64,000 bases of DNA, taken from positions 62,001-126,000 of the forward strand of contig OZ025727.1 in the NCBI GenBank assembly GCA_964019335.1. Direction: 5' to 3'. Below the pieces are notes generated by a model. The model was not told the DNA's origin, did no database searches, and saw only the letters and a program-made list of their open reading frames with translations. The translations under genes were made by a program, and so were the position numbers. The first letter of the stretch is position 1; every line of letters starts with the position of its first letter. This DNA is from Diplonema japonicum (taxonomy: Eukaryota; Protista; Euglenozoa: Diplonemea). Shown here piece after piece: positions 11,339-21,044 of the stretch.

Positions 11339-12478
11339 TCAAAGTCGAGCGTAATGTTTCTTCAGTGCTTGCAAGCTACTCTGAAGCGGCACCCCACGCA
11401 TGGTGGTTTGCCATGAAGGGGTGAAATCCGGTGGGGAACGAGGGTCGGCAACACAGCGAGCAGCAGTATAAAGGAGAGAGCAGAGGTACGGGTCTTGAAC
11501 AGATGAATGGACGGTGCGTAGCATCCAGACTGTCTTGAGGGGGTGTTCGTCTTCGTTGGCCAGGGCCGTAGCGTGGAGAGGGGCCCAGTTGTGCATCTTG
11601 CTAGGCACCACAGGAACACCCAACAGGCGCAGCATTGAAGAGTAGTTTCCTTTCGCTGCAAAGCCCAACAGGGACATGAAGGTGCCGCACTGCGGCATGC
11701 CGACAGCGGCGTACAAAGCGAAGAACGAACGTACCCATGCAGACGTCAGCAGAGCCTTCAAAGGTTCTTCGCAACTGCTGGTGAGCACTCGCAAGCCCCA
11801 CGAGGATGTTACGCCGTGCAAAGCTACGAACTCATTTCTAGTGGCAAGGAGCAACCCTGTGCAAGCGGTGATGTAAGCCAGTCCGTCCCCAGGGAGATAC
11901 CCCGCCACGCTACATGACGTGATCAGCGGGTGATGCTGCAGTACCGCTTTCGCACGTTCCACCACACCTCTCGAAGGGGGGTCAGGCCACAGTCCCACGA
12001 GGTCGTCATGTGACGTGGCAGCGACCAGCTGGAGCAGTCCACCCTGGTATTTGTGTGTGTCGCCCTGAACGTTACTGCGGCGCATCCACGTTACAGCTTG
12101 CGAGACGAGCAACGCTGAGTCTAAATAGACCCCTGCAGCCAAGTGCAGGAAGGGGTGCAGCGTCGCACCGCAAATGCCACGCAGGTCATCTCGTGTGACC
12201 ACCTTGGCCCACCCTCCAGCAACTGCTACATTCACTCCAGCTGGTCCCTTCCGGGGCTCCAACTTCTTCACGTATTTCTCAACCCTCATTTTCACCACTT
12301 CGCTTGGCGTGCCCATCATAAGCATCGGCAGCGCGACCCACACTAGATGGTTTGCAAGCCCGTGTCTATGTTCCATGTCGCACACTTCATGTGCCTGCAG
12401 GATGGCGTCCACTTCCCGCCGAACGTCATCCTTGTTGTGGCGGCACTCATACAAGATGCCCTCATATGGGTTGTGCAT
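11339..12478 (-). CDS. Questin oxidase-like (DUF4243/AflY-type) oxidoreductase
   Basis: 379-aa ORF with His-rich motifs HGLANHL, LHPFLHLA, FVALHGVTS and DEHPLK, typical of this family. Confidence 0.7.
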   Translation of the reverse strand: MHNPYEGILYECRHNKDDVRREVDAILQAHEVCDMEHRHGLANHLVWVALPMLMMGTPSEVVKMRVEKYVKKLEPRKGPAGVNVAVAGGWAKVVTRDDLRGICGATLHPFLHLAAGVYLDSALLVSQAVTWMRRSNVQGDTHKYQGGLLQLVAATSHDDLVGLWPDPPSRGVVERAKAVLQHHPLITSCSVAGYLPGDGLAYITACTGLLLATRNEFVALHGVTSSWGLRVLTSSCEEPLKALLTSAWVRSFFALYAAVGMPQCGTFMSLLGFAAKGNYSSMLRLLGVPVVPSKMHNWAPLHATALANEDEHPLKTVWMLRTVHSSVQDPYLCSLLYTAARCVADPRSPPDFTPSWQTTMRGVPLQSSLQALKKHYARL

Positions 12479-12521
12479 TACCTGTCATGTCATCTGAGCA
12501 CGCTATTGAGAACTAGTTAGC

Positions 12522-12820
12522 AATTCTAAATTACTCGAGGGGGGGCCACCTTGGGACGTGCGAAGGGGTCGACTGATGAGTGCAGTGTTCTATACAATGA
12601 TGGGGCGAAGTGAAGGGCACTTGGCAGCACCCGATTAAAGGGGAACGCAGGCTTCAGGACCAGAGAAGGAGGTGTTGAAGTGTCCGCAATCCGGAATCGA
12701 GCAGGCAGCACGTCCCTAGTTCATCACCGAAGCCGCGTCGTAACAACACGGCAATGGCTAGTCCCTGTTGCCAGAAGACACGCACCTGACTTCTGCAGCA
12801 ATCCCAGAAAAAGGTGCTCT
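12522..12820. repeat. Dispersed GC-rich repeat, possibly the end of a retroelement
   Basis: AATTCTAAATTACTC-G...CCACCTTGGGACGTGC resembles 32259-32320 and, inverted, 30921-30935. A perfect internal 9-bp stem GGGACGTGC/GCACGTCCC encloses about 150 nt. Confidence 0.45.
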
Positions 12821-13047
12821 TACAAGGTAATGGAAAGAAAAAGAGAAGGATAAATTTCAAATAATTTTTAGATAAGTAGCACTAAAGAAAGACGCAAAAA
12901 ACGTGAAGTGGCTCAAGCACTACAGACGTTATCGACCTGGTGGCACGTCATGGCGCTAGCACGCACAGGTAATGAAGATGGTGTGTAGAATACATAGGTA
13001 CGCACAAGTGAAGGACAAGCTAGGCGAGACCGTGCTCTGCGCCCATG

Positions 13048-14658
13048 TTAGTTGGAGCCTTCATCGGGCGTTGAAGGCTGCACCGCTTCTTCCTCTTCTT
13101 CCTCCGCACCGTCGGTTCTCAAAATCATCTCTGTCTCGACCTCGCTTCGCTCCTTCACACCACGACTCTTAAGCACCTCTGCACCATAGTGAAAGGTGAA
13201 GGCCAACAGCAGCATGACAAAGGTCAGTGTCAACGACTCGTCGCGGGAGAACAGGTTCGGGTTATAATTCATGAGGAATGATGCCGCCGTGGCAACGGAC
13301 TGCCACAGCTTCAGATGAGAAAAGGCATGTGTCCTGTGCGCTGGGAAGGAAGAGCCTAGCAACGCCCCGACCTGTGTGTTCAACGCTGCGTCGCCTATAC
13401 CCCACAATGAGGCCGCTGCAATGAGCACCCCGTACTGCTGCGAGCAATCCGACGGCGGAGCAGACTTCAGGAGCAAGAAGAACCCCCCGTGCGTCACTAT
13501 AGCCAACGACATGACCCCCTCGCGAAGCCCTGTCGCATCGGAGATCTTCCCCAGCACCACGCTCCCCAGCACAGACGAGGCACCGAAAGACGCCATCACA
13601 AACCCGATGCCGCTCACACCGACAGTCGGCTTCACCCAATTCGTTGTGAAGTCGACAAACAAGAACCCCTGGTACAGACCCTGGTACAGCATCAGTGGGA
13701 TCAAGGATGCCATGCTCGGTGTGAGCATCAACGAGTACATCCCCTTCAGAGACTGAAGAGGGGACTCGACCTTAACACCCTCTTCGGTAGTAGTGGGTAT
13801 CGCTGTGATCTGGAAGGCAAGCACAGAGGCCACCACCGCGAAAGTGAGGTACACAAGAAAGAGCGTCGTGTACGAGACGCCCTGCTGGAGGAGGATGGAC
13901 GCGAGGAGGTTGCCGAAGATCTGCGCGAGCCGCCAGCATGCGAAAAAGGCTCCGTTAAACCTGCCGAGGTACTGGTTTTCATCAGAGCAGCCTTTAAGGC
14001 GCGAGTAGTAGATGGCATTGTTGGTGAGGTAAGTGCCTTGTGCGCACCACATGAAGGATGCTGCAAGACCCACGACAGCAGCGGCGGGGAGCAGCACAGC
14101 ATACTGCAGTGGGACGTTCTGTGGGTCACGAGCCACAATGACGTTCGCTGCACAGATCAACGTGAAGCACACAAAGCCATATGAGATGCCACGTGTCACG
14201 CCCAGCACCTGCACCATATACGGCCCACATAGGCACGACATCGTGAAGACAAGGTACAGAACACCGAAGGTAATGCTCCCGACGTTGCCGTCGCTCTTGC
14301 ACACATCCGACTCGACTGCCTCCCCGCTGGGGAACGTGATGTTCCTGCATGACTCTGAGACGCACCCCTTCAACGCAGGGATGCAGTACCCGGTACCCTC
14401 CCGCACCACAATGCACTGTGTTCTTTCCAGTTTTGCGGTGGTGGTGGTGCTCACCATGCAGCTACCCTCCGACACCTCCGTGCTGTTGCCCTCCACACAG
14501 TCGACATTGCAGCCCCCACACGATCCTGACACTACGCTCGCTTCCAGGTTCTGCACACTAGCAAAAGCCGTGAACAACAGGAACCACGCACCTGACAGCA
14601 GCACATGATTCGTGATGCACCTCTGCACGGGTGTCAGCGTGGGATGACACTCAAACAT
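13048..14658 (-). CDS. UNC-93-like MFS membrane protein with a Cys-rich luminal insertion
   Basis: Motifs FLLFTAFASVQNLEAS, ASFMWCAQGTYLT, QIFGNL and WGIGDAALNTQ, with many TM helices. Confidence 0.85.
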   Translation of the reverse strand: MFECHPTLTPVQRCITNHVLLSGAWFLLFTAFASVQNLEASVVSGSCGGCNVDCVEGNSTEVSEGSCMVSTTTTAKLERTQCIVVREGTGYCIPALKGCVSESCRNITFPSGEAVESDVCKSDGNVGSITFGVLYLVFTMSCLCGPYMVQVLGVTRGISYGFVCFTLICAANVIVARDPQNVPLQYAVLLPAAAVVGLAASFMWCAQGTYLTNNAIYYSRLKGCSDENQYLGRFNGAFFACWRLAQIFGNLLASILLQQGVSYTTLFLVYLTFAVVASVLAFQITAIPTTTEEGVKVESPLQSLKGMYSLMLTPSMASLIPLMLYQGLYQGFLFVDFTTNWVKPTVGVSGIGFVMASFGASSVLGSVVLGKISDATGLREGVMSLAIVTHGGFFLLLKSAPPSDCSQQYGVLIAAASLWGIGDAALNTQVGALLGSSFPAHRTHAFSHLKLWQSVATAASFLMNYNPNLFSRDESLTLTFVMLLLAFTFHYGAEVLKSRGVKERSEVETEMILRTDGAEEEEEEAVQPSTPDEGSN

Positions 14659-15531
14659 AGCTGCTTCCTGTGGAACGTTGTGGAGATAAAAGAAAAAGGA
14701 GAAAAAGAGAGAAAGGAGGGGAAAAATTCACTATAATAGGAAACAAACGGTTAGCAACGGCTCACAAAAAAAACCCCCCCTTCTTAGAAAATTGAGCAAC
14801 AAAAAAAAGAAGAGCTATAAAGAAAGGAGGGGCTTGATGAATGGGAGTATTCACCAAAAGACCAGCACCATAGTAAAAGATCTTTTTTTTCCCCTTCTGT
14901 AAAAGTTGGTGAGGTTAAGAAGCACCCGCTGTGCAATATTTAGAGGGCTACAGAAGCCATTAACACTAACTAGAGAGCCACACTGTAACGGGATAAGGGC
15001 CCTACACACCACGCAAAAAAAGAAAAAGGGAGACTGGGTGAAACATATCACTTTGTGATGAAGGGAAGAGAAGGCTGGAAATACAAGCCCTAAGAAAGTG
15101 GTGAGGAGAAGAAAGGGGGTCTGCCAAAAAAAGGGGGGGGTGGAACCCCAAATGCCTTTTTTTGAAAACGTTTTTTTGTTGCGCCTGGGGCTAAGTGCGA
15201 CAAAAAGCAGGAAAATAATTTAAAGCCCCAGTGAAGAACGAAATAATTCCTTGTTTGGAACTAAATAAAAAGTTGCGCCATTAAAAAAAGGCGGGGGGGG
15301 GGGGGGGGGGGGTGCCAAACTGCCAGTCCAAGAAAACGGTGACACTTGCAAGGAGGAGGAAGAGCAAGTGCGAGACGTTTAAAAAAAAGGGGGAAACGAG
15401 TTCCAAAGCAACTCGCCTGAGGTGGTGTCATTACCCGCCTTGGACTTGGGCTTTTTTTTTTACTCATAAAATCAAAAAAAACTCGATAAAATTTCAGTGT
15501 GCATGGGGGTGCTCACTGTTCAGGTAGAAAT

Positions 15532-16270
15532 TCACACTAATCGGTCACCGTTCTGCGGTTGCTGTCTGGTGCCTGCGGTGGCTGTTTGTCGCGATGAGAT
15601 GGACGGCATCTGGGCGAGAAACACTGCTTGGAGTCGTGCTAGGTAGGGGGGGGTTTGGCTCGAGGAGAAGAGTGGTCTCCTGTCGTAGCCGTGTGCCGTC
15701 GGGCCCCCAAGATGTCGAAGGGTATGCACCCTTGATTTGGCGTTGGCGGGGAAGGCTGACCTTCCACAGCGTGCTGAGCATTTCTGGATGCGACCCAAGA
15801 TGTATCGCATCCTTGCGGCCTTCTCCGTGAGCAGGTCCTGATCGTCGAGGGGACCTATGAGTGACCGGCGGGTGGTCTGCTCATAGTCTATGGCGAGTTC
15901 CATTGTAGTGACGGAAGTTTTCTTCTTACCATCGTACCATCGTAGGCCTCTTAGCCACTTGAGGACGTTCTTCAGATGAAAGGTCAGGACCGCGCCTGAC
16001 GCCCCGTTCGCCTTCAGCAACGCTTCCGTCGGAACATCATGTTGCCTCCCTGTCGTTACCTCATCCCAAGGGTTGGAGGTGAGCACTCTCTTGCTTTTTT
16101 CCGCTGCTCTGGCGTCACGGACCGTCACTACTTTCAGGAGGTATTGTTGCACCATCCTGGCACGTTCTTTCCCTGCTTTGTCGGCTCCTCTTGGGACTAT
16201 CCCGTGAAGGGCTGTGGCAGCTGGGAGGCCTTCTCGCTTCACCTCTGCGTATTGCTCGCTTTCCAACATG
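15532..16270 (-). mobile_element. Probable C-terminal fragment of a non-LTR retrotransposon ORF
   Basis: LPAATALHGIVP..MVQQYLL and WLRGLRW...MELAIDYEQTT resemble post-RT regions of protist LINEs. The ORF is cut upstream by repeat insertions. Confidence 0.45.
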
Positions 16271-16290
16271 CTTTCCAAAAAAAAAATTTC

Positions 16291-16416
16291 TTTGAAGGGA
16301 ACCTGCAGTATGTGACAGGATCGCCTAAAAAAAAGAAGAAGAAAAAAAGATGTCTTTGAAGGGAACCTGCAGTATGTGACAGGATCGCCTAACGACAACC
16401 AACTCATCTAGTGTTT
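16291..16416. repeat. Two adjacent copies of the dispersed GAAGGGAACCTGCAGTATGTGACAGGATCGCCT hairpin element
   Basis: The same motif occurs at about 4073, 16291, 16355, 24370 and 32581, and inverted at about 49768. Confidence 0.85.
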
Positions 16417-16548
16417 GTCGTGGTAGTGCCTTAGGCCCGTCGTGGCAGTGCCTTAGGCCCATCGTGGTAGTGCCTTAGGCCCGTCGTGGTAGTGCCTTAG
16501 ACCCGTCGTGGTAGTGCCTTAGGCCCGTCGTGGCAGTGCCTTAGGCCC
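16417..16548. repeat. Minisatellite, 6 x 22 bp (GTCGTGGTAGTGCCTTAGGCCC)
   Basis: Six head-to-tail units with single substitutions and no spacers. A partial unit occurs at 24441. Confidence 0.95.
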
Positions 16549-16730
16549 GTCGTAGTATCTCATCAGCAGCTTGGGCGTGAAACCAACTAGCGAGTTGTTG
16601 AGGATGCAATGCGTTCGCATTTGTTCCTCTAGGATCGAGTGGGTGACCTTCGGGGACACCCATGTGGAGCCTTTCCGTTGCAATGAGGTCGACTGCTAGT
16701 TCCGCCTTAGAAACTTGCTGAAAAAGAAAG

Positions 16731-16770
16731 AAAAGGCGTCAAAAGGCGTCAAAAGGCGTCAAAAGGCGTC
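16731..16770. repeat. 4 x 10-bp tandem repeat AAAAGGCGTC at the MORN gene stop codon
   Basis: Directly visible in the sequence. Confidence 0.9.
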
Positions 16771-19700
16771 TACTCTTCAACAGGAGTCCAAACGTTGGCT
16801 TTGTAGGAACCCCTACGTACCTGGACACCTTCGGAGTGTTTGTACTCCCAGCGTGCATCGCCTTCAAGCTTGTTGTTAACATAGGTCGCGTAGAAGGTCG
16901 ACTTCCCACCATTCTGGACTTTCGTGATGTCGCCATGTTGTTCCCCGTCCACGTAGGTGAGTGTGGACGTGGATGTCTCAGTCTCCAGCACAGCCAGTCC
17001 GTGGCGCTTGCCGTGCAGGAAGCCGCCTTTGTAAGTAGTAAGTGACGATAAATCTTCTTCCACAACATGATCACCGTGCACGTCATCCTCGAGGAAGGTT
17101 CCCTTGTACACCTTGTTCCTCGAGCGAAGTTCGCCTTTTCCGTTCTTCCTCCCTCCTTTGTACTCCCCTTTGTACCATATCTCCTTTGTTTTGTGTTCGA
17201 AGGAGCCAAAACCGTCATTCTTGCCGAGAACCCACCCGCCTTCGTACACGTGAGTCAGTGACTCGAACCTTCCCTGTCCGTGCTTCTTGAGGCCTTTTAT
17301 CTGTCCTGTGTATGTTGCGCCGTATGAGTACTCGATGGTGCCCTCCACGATGTCGCCGCCCACCCATGTCCCCGTGTAGCATGCTTCATCAATAATGTAT
17401 TTCCCCTGGCCTTCTGGCTTTCCTTTGACGAAATGCCCCTGGTACTCGCTCCCTCGCGTCTTTTTGACACCCTCGTGCAGTTCCCCGTTCTCGAAAGTTC
17501 CCTTGTGCACATCACCGTTGGCCATCTGGCGTACACCTTCACCGTGCATGGTGCCGTCTTTGAAGGAGCCTTCGTATGTGTATTTTTCTTCAAATGTCGA
17601 AGTGTATGCAGTGAGGTGTCCTTTTGTCCTATCGCCTGCGACGAAAAGACCTTTGAAGATGGACAGCATGGTAGTGGCTGTCCCTTCACCTTCAAGCTTG
17701 CAGTTCACAAAGGACCCTTCCAGTTTTTGTTCATCGTCGCCTCCTTTGTTTTTGGTTATTGTCCCACGGGTGAACTCTCCGTTATCCCACATGCCAACTC
17801 GCTCGGAGAGCTTTCCATTGCTTGTGAAGGTTAGCTGTCCCAGACCATGGCGCTTTCCTTCTACCCATTCACCTTTGAAATGGGATCCTTCCGGCTTCCA
17901 CTCTTCACCGATTCCGTGGAGCTTGCCGTCTTTCCAATTTCCCGTTTTCTTAGTGCCCTTGTTCACCCCCTCCGTGCACTCTTCCACTCCGTGCCCGTTG
18001 TAGGTCCCGTTCTCGAAGTTGCCGTTGTATACCTTGCCGACCACTGCGTGGTAGCCGTACCCACAGCGCTTCCCTTCCTTCATCATCCCTTTGTAGTGGG
18101 TCCCGTTATCGTAGCGGAACTCACACAGCCCGTACCATTTCCCGTTTTCGTCCCTCGTTCCTGTCTCTATCCTGCCGTTGTGGTAGGTTACCTCTACATA
18201 GTCCCCGCCATGCATCGTTAAGGTACCCCTATCTTTCCCTCCTGTTTGCTCGTCCTTTTCCACAAGCTGGTTGTTTTCCCAGACGCCTCTAACTACAACA
18301 TCATCTTCATAAGAGGTGAAGAGACCTTCCCCGTGCCTCTTCCCGTTGAGCCATTGCCCATCATGCACACACTTTGTGGTGTCGTCTTCGGTCCATTTGG
18401 TGAGCACGCCAGCACCGTTGTAATGGCCAAGCTTGAAGTTCCCAACATAGGTGGTTTTGTCATTCGACACGGTAGTCAGGCAGCCTTGCCCCTCGTACTT
18501 CCCGTCCACGAACTGCCCTTCATACTCATCGCCAGTTGTGAATGTTGAGCGCCCAGTTCCGTGTGGCTTGCCGTTCTTGAATTCTCCCTTGTATGTCATG
18601 TTCTGCAGGATGAGTACCCCTTCTCCTTGCCTGAAGCCCTGCACCCAATCGCCATCGTATGAAGATGTAGGGTCTTTGAAGCTCCCTTTGCCGTGTAGCT
18701 TCCCTGCCCTGAAGGTCCCCTTTCTCACGGTGTCACCATTTCTCCTCTCGCCGATTCCGTTTTGCATCCCATAAGCCCACATGCCGGTGTATGTTCCCCC
18801 TTCATTTTTATAGAAGCAGGTTCCTTCTCCGTGCTGCTTCCCCGACTCGAACTCTCCGTCGTATTCCCAGTCTTGTGTCACGAACTTGCCACGTCCACAT
18901 TTCTTCCCCTTCACCATGTCACCTGTGTACTGGTTGCCGTTTTTCCATTTAATTACTGCTGTTCCGTTCAGATCTCCTGCTACAAAGGTCCCTTCCGACA
19001 CGCAGTCGGAGTACACCAGTGTGCCTTGTCCTTCGTACTTCCCGTCCTTCCAGTATCCTTTGTAAGTGATTTCGTCCTCAAAATATTCAATTTCACCGTA
19101 GCCGGCCTTCAGCCTGTTGGCGAACCCTCCACGGTACCAGAGCTTGGAGGTGCGGAGCTCGCCTTCACCGTCCCATTCGTCTTTTTTCCAGCCCCCCGAG
19201 TACTCCATGTCGATGTCGCCTTCTTTGAAGTACTCGCAGGTGCCGGTACCATATCTTGCCCCGTCCTGCCAGTCGCCGGTGTAGCGCGACGAGGTTCGTG
19301 CTGTTGTGTTGCGGATGGCGAGCGTTCCTGTGCCGTGCCTCATGTTCTTCACGAAGGACCCCTCGTACACGCGCTCCTCGTCGGCAGCCTTTGTCATCAT
19401 GATGCCCTGTCCGCTCTTCAGGCCACCCACGTAGTCGCCTTCGTAAGTGTTGCACTCGCCAGTGTTGCACTCGCCAGTGAACTTGCCCTTCCCGTCTTTG
19501 CAGCCCTTTTTGAATGAACCTTCGTAGATACCTTCAGGGGACTTTTGGTGGCCCTGGCCGTGTTTCTTTCCCCATCTCCACTGTCCTGTGTAGCTCCGCA
19601 GGCTGTTGCTCAAGGTTCCTCTGCCGTGTTTTTTCCCATCCACGAAGCCGCCTTTGTACGTCTCGCCGAACATGAAGGAGGTCCCGTTGCCTTGTTGCTT

Positions 19701-19829
19701 GTCGTTGCGCCACGTCCCTTCGTACCAGTTGCCGTCCCCGTAGGTCATCTTTCCCTCCCCGTGGCGCGCGTTGGCACTGTTGACCTCGCCCTCATAGTAG
19801 GACCCTGCTTCGTACTCTAGACGCACCAT
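16770..19829 (-). CDS. MORN-repeat protein (about 1019 aa)
   Basis: Dozens of YeGew.ngk.hG.G repeats. The ATG at 19829 follows an A-rich leader. Confidence 0.92.
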   Translation of the reverse strand: MVRLEYEAGSYYEGEVNSANARHGEGKMTYGDGNWYEGTWRNDKQQGNGTSFMFGETYKGGFVDGKKHGRGTLSNSLRSYTGQWRWGKKHGQGHQKSPEGIYEGSFKKGCKDGKGKFTGECNTGECNTYEGDYVGGLKSGQGIMMTKAADEERVYEGSFVKNMRHGTGTLAIRNTTARTSSRYTGDWQDGARYGTGTCEYFKEGDIDMEYSGGWKKDEWDGEGELRTSKLWYRGGFANRLKAGYGEIEYFEDEITYKGYWKDGKYEGQGTLVYSDCVSEGTFVAGDLNGTAVIKWKNGNQYTGDMVKGKKCGRGKFVTQDWEYDGEFESGKQHGEGTCFYKNEGGTYTGMWAYGMQNGIGERRNGDTVRKGTFRAGKLHGKGSFKDPTSSYDGDWVQGFRQGEGVLILQNMTYKGEFKNGKPHGTGRSTFTTGDEYEGQFVDGKYEGQGCLTTVSNDKTTYVGNFKLGHYNGAGVLTKWTEDDTTKCVHDGQWLNGKRHGEGLFTSYEDDVVVRGVWENNQLVEKDEQTGGKDRGTLTMHGGDYVEVTYHNGRIETGTRDENGKWYGLCEFRYDNGTHYKGMMKEGKRCGYGYHAVVGKVYNGNFENGTYNGHGVEECTEGVNKGTKKTGNWKDGKLHGIGEEWKPEGSHFKGEWVEGKRHGLGQLTFTSNGKLSERVGMWDNGEFTRGTITKNKGGDDEQKLEGSFVNCKLEGEGTATTMLSIFKGLFVAGDRTKGHLTAYTSTFEEKYTYEGSFKDGTMHGEGVRQMANGDVHKGTFENGELHEGVKKTRGSEYQGHFVKGKPEGQGKYIIDEACYTGTWVGGDIVEGTIEYSYGATYTGQIKGLKKHGQGRFESLTHVYEGGWVLGKNDGFGSFEHKTKEIWYKGEYKGGRKNGKGELRSRNKVYKGTFLEDDVHGDHVVEEDLSSLTTYKGGFLHGKRHGLAVLETETSTSTLTYVDGEQHGDITKVQNGGKSTFYATYVNNKLEGDARWEYKHSEGVQVRRGSYKANVWTPVEE

Positions 19830-20665
19830 TGTTTGTTTTTGTTTTTGTTTTTTTTTTTTTTTTTTTTGCTGTCGGGCGGGTTTTATTTTTATTTTATTTT
19901 TATTTTGGAGGGAGAAAAACTTAAAGAGAAACGAGATGAAAAGGAGAAGAAATAAGAGGGGAAAAGAACACATCCACGCACAGAACTGATGATACCAAAA
20001 GGAAGGGTTCAAGGAGAAGGGGGGAGGGGGGAGGAGGAGTGACAACTAAGGGTATCTGTAATGTATGGTTTCTTTTTTTTTTTTTTTTTTTCCAATTGAG
20101 CTCTATTTTCTTATAGATTTTTTTTTTCTTTTTCTTTTTTTTTTTTTTTTTTTTTTTTTTTCAAATTCCAAGTTATTGTAATGTTTTGCCACAGCTTATT
20201 CAAAAAAGAAAAAAAAAAAAGGTGGAGAATAAGCAGGGGAGAAAAACAGAAGAACAAAAAACTAACAAACACGAGAAAAAGAAATTTCACTGTGTGCGTG
20301 TGTGTGTGCGTGAGAGGGGGGAGAAGTATAGCAATTCCACCAAAGAAAGTATCATTAAACAAAACATTGTTCTCTTCTCTCATTTACATTATTAAAGTTC
20401 GCTCTTCTTCCTTCCCTTTTTGTTTAGTGGGGGGAGAAGAAAATATAGTGGCGGTGCCACAACACTTCGAGAAGATTCACTGCCCTGCGCCAGTTACTTT
20501 CCCCTCCGCTGGATTTACGTCGAAAATATTTTCCTTACGAAGTGTATCGACACTCTCTCCAGCTGCTTTTTTCCTTATTATTTTCTTTTTTTCTATTTTT
20601 TTTTCTTTTTCTTCCTCCCCCAACCGATATTAAGCCTACCAAAGTGTCGGTTGGCGAGAAATAGC

Positions 20666-20817
20666 CGCCTCAAATCTCTAAACCCCGCTTGCCCCCCGAA
20701 AATTGCTACTTTTCACAAACGATGGCTGACGAACTCGTCGTGGTGCCCGTGCATTTTCCGGAGTAGCGTGCTGGAAAGAGTCCGGTATTGATCAGCGGGT
20801 TTTAGAGATATGGGGCG
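20666..20817. mobile_element. MITE-like element with about 24-bp imperfect terminal inverted repeats
   Basis: CGCCTCAAATCTCTAAACCCCGCT pairs with AGCGGGTTTTAGAGATATGGGGCG. Confidence 0.55.
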
Positions 20818-20891
20818 TAAAAAAGAGAAAAAAAAAAGAAAAAGAAAAAGAATTGTTCGGGGGAAAAAAAAAAAAAAAAGATTTATTCAAT

Positions 20892-20992
20892 TCAGCTGGC
20901 GATGGGTAGGTGAGACAGCCATTCGTGCTCCAGTGCCTGCCGTGCTGTGGGCCTAGCACCCGGGTTCTGTGTGAAAGTTACAAAAGAAAAAA

Positions 20993-21044
<52 letters not shown>

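Noticed and set aside
12570-12625. Hammerhead ribozyme (CTGATGA core)
   Set aside because: No GAAA after a stem II and no matching stems I/III. The same applies to CTGATGAG at 30916.
16417-16548. CRISPR-like array
   Set aside because: The units are contiguous with no unique spacers, there are no cas genes, and the context is eukaryotic. It is a minisatellite.
16668-16690. U1/U2 snRNA (GTTGCA loop)
   Set aside because: No 5' splice-site or branch-pairing sequence and no Sm site in the expected arrangement.
17395-19820. Long antisense ORFs over the MORN gene and other genes
   Set aside because: Shadow frames of GC3-rich coding sequence with no independent motifs.
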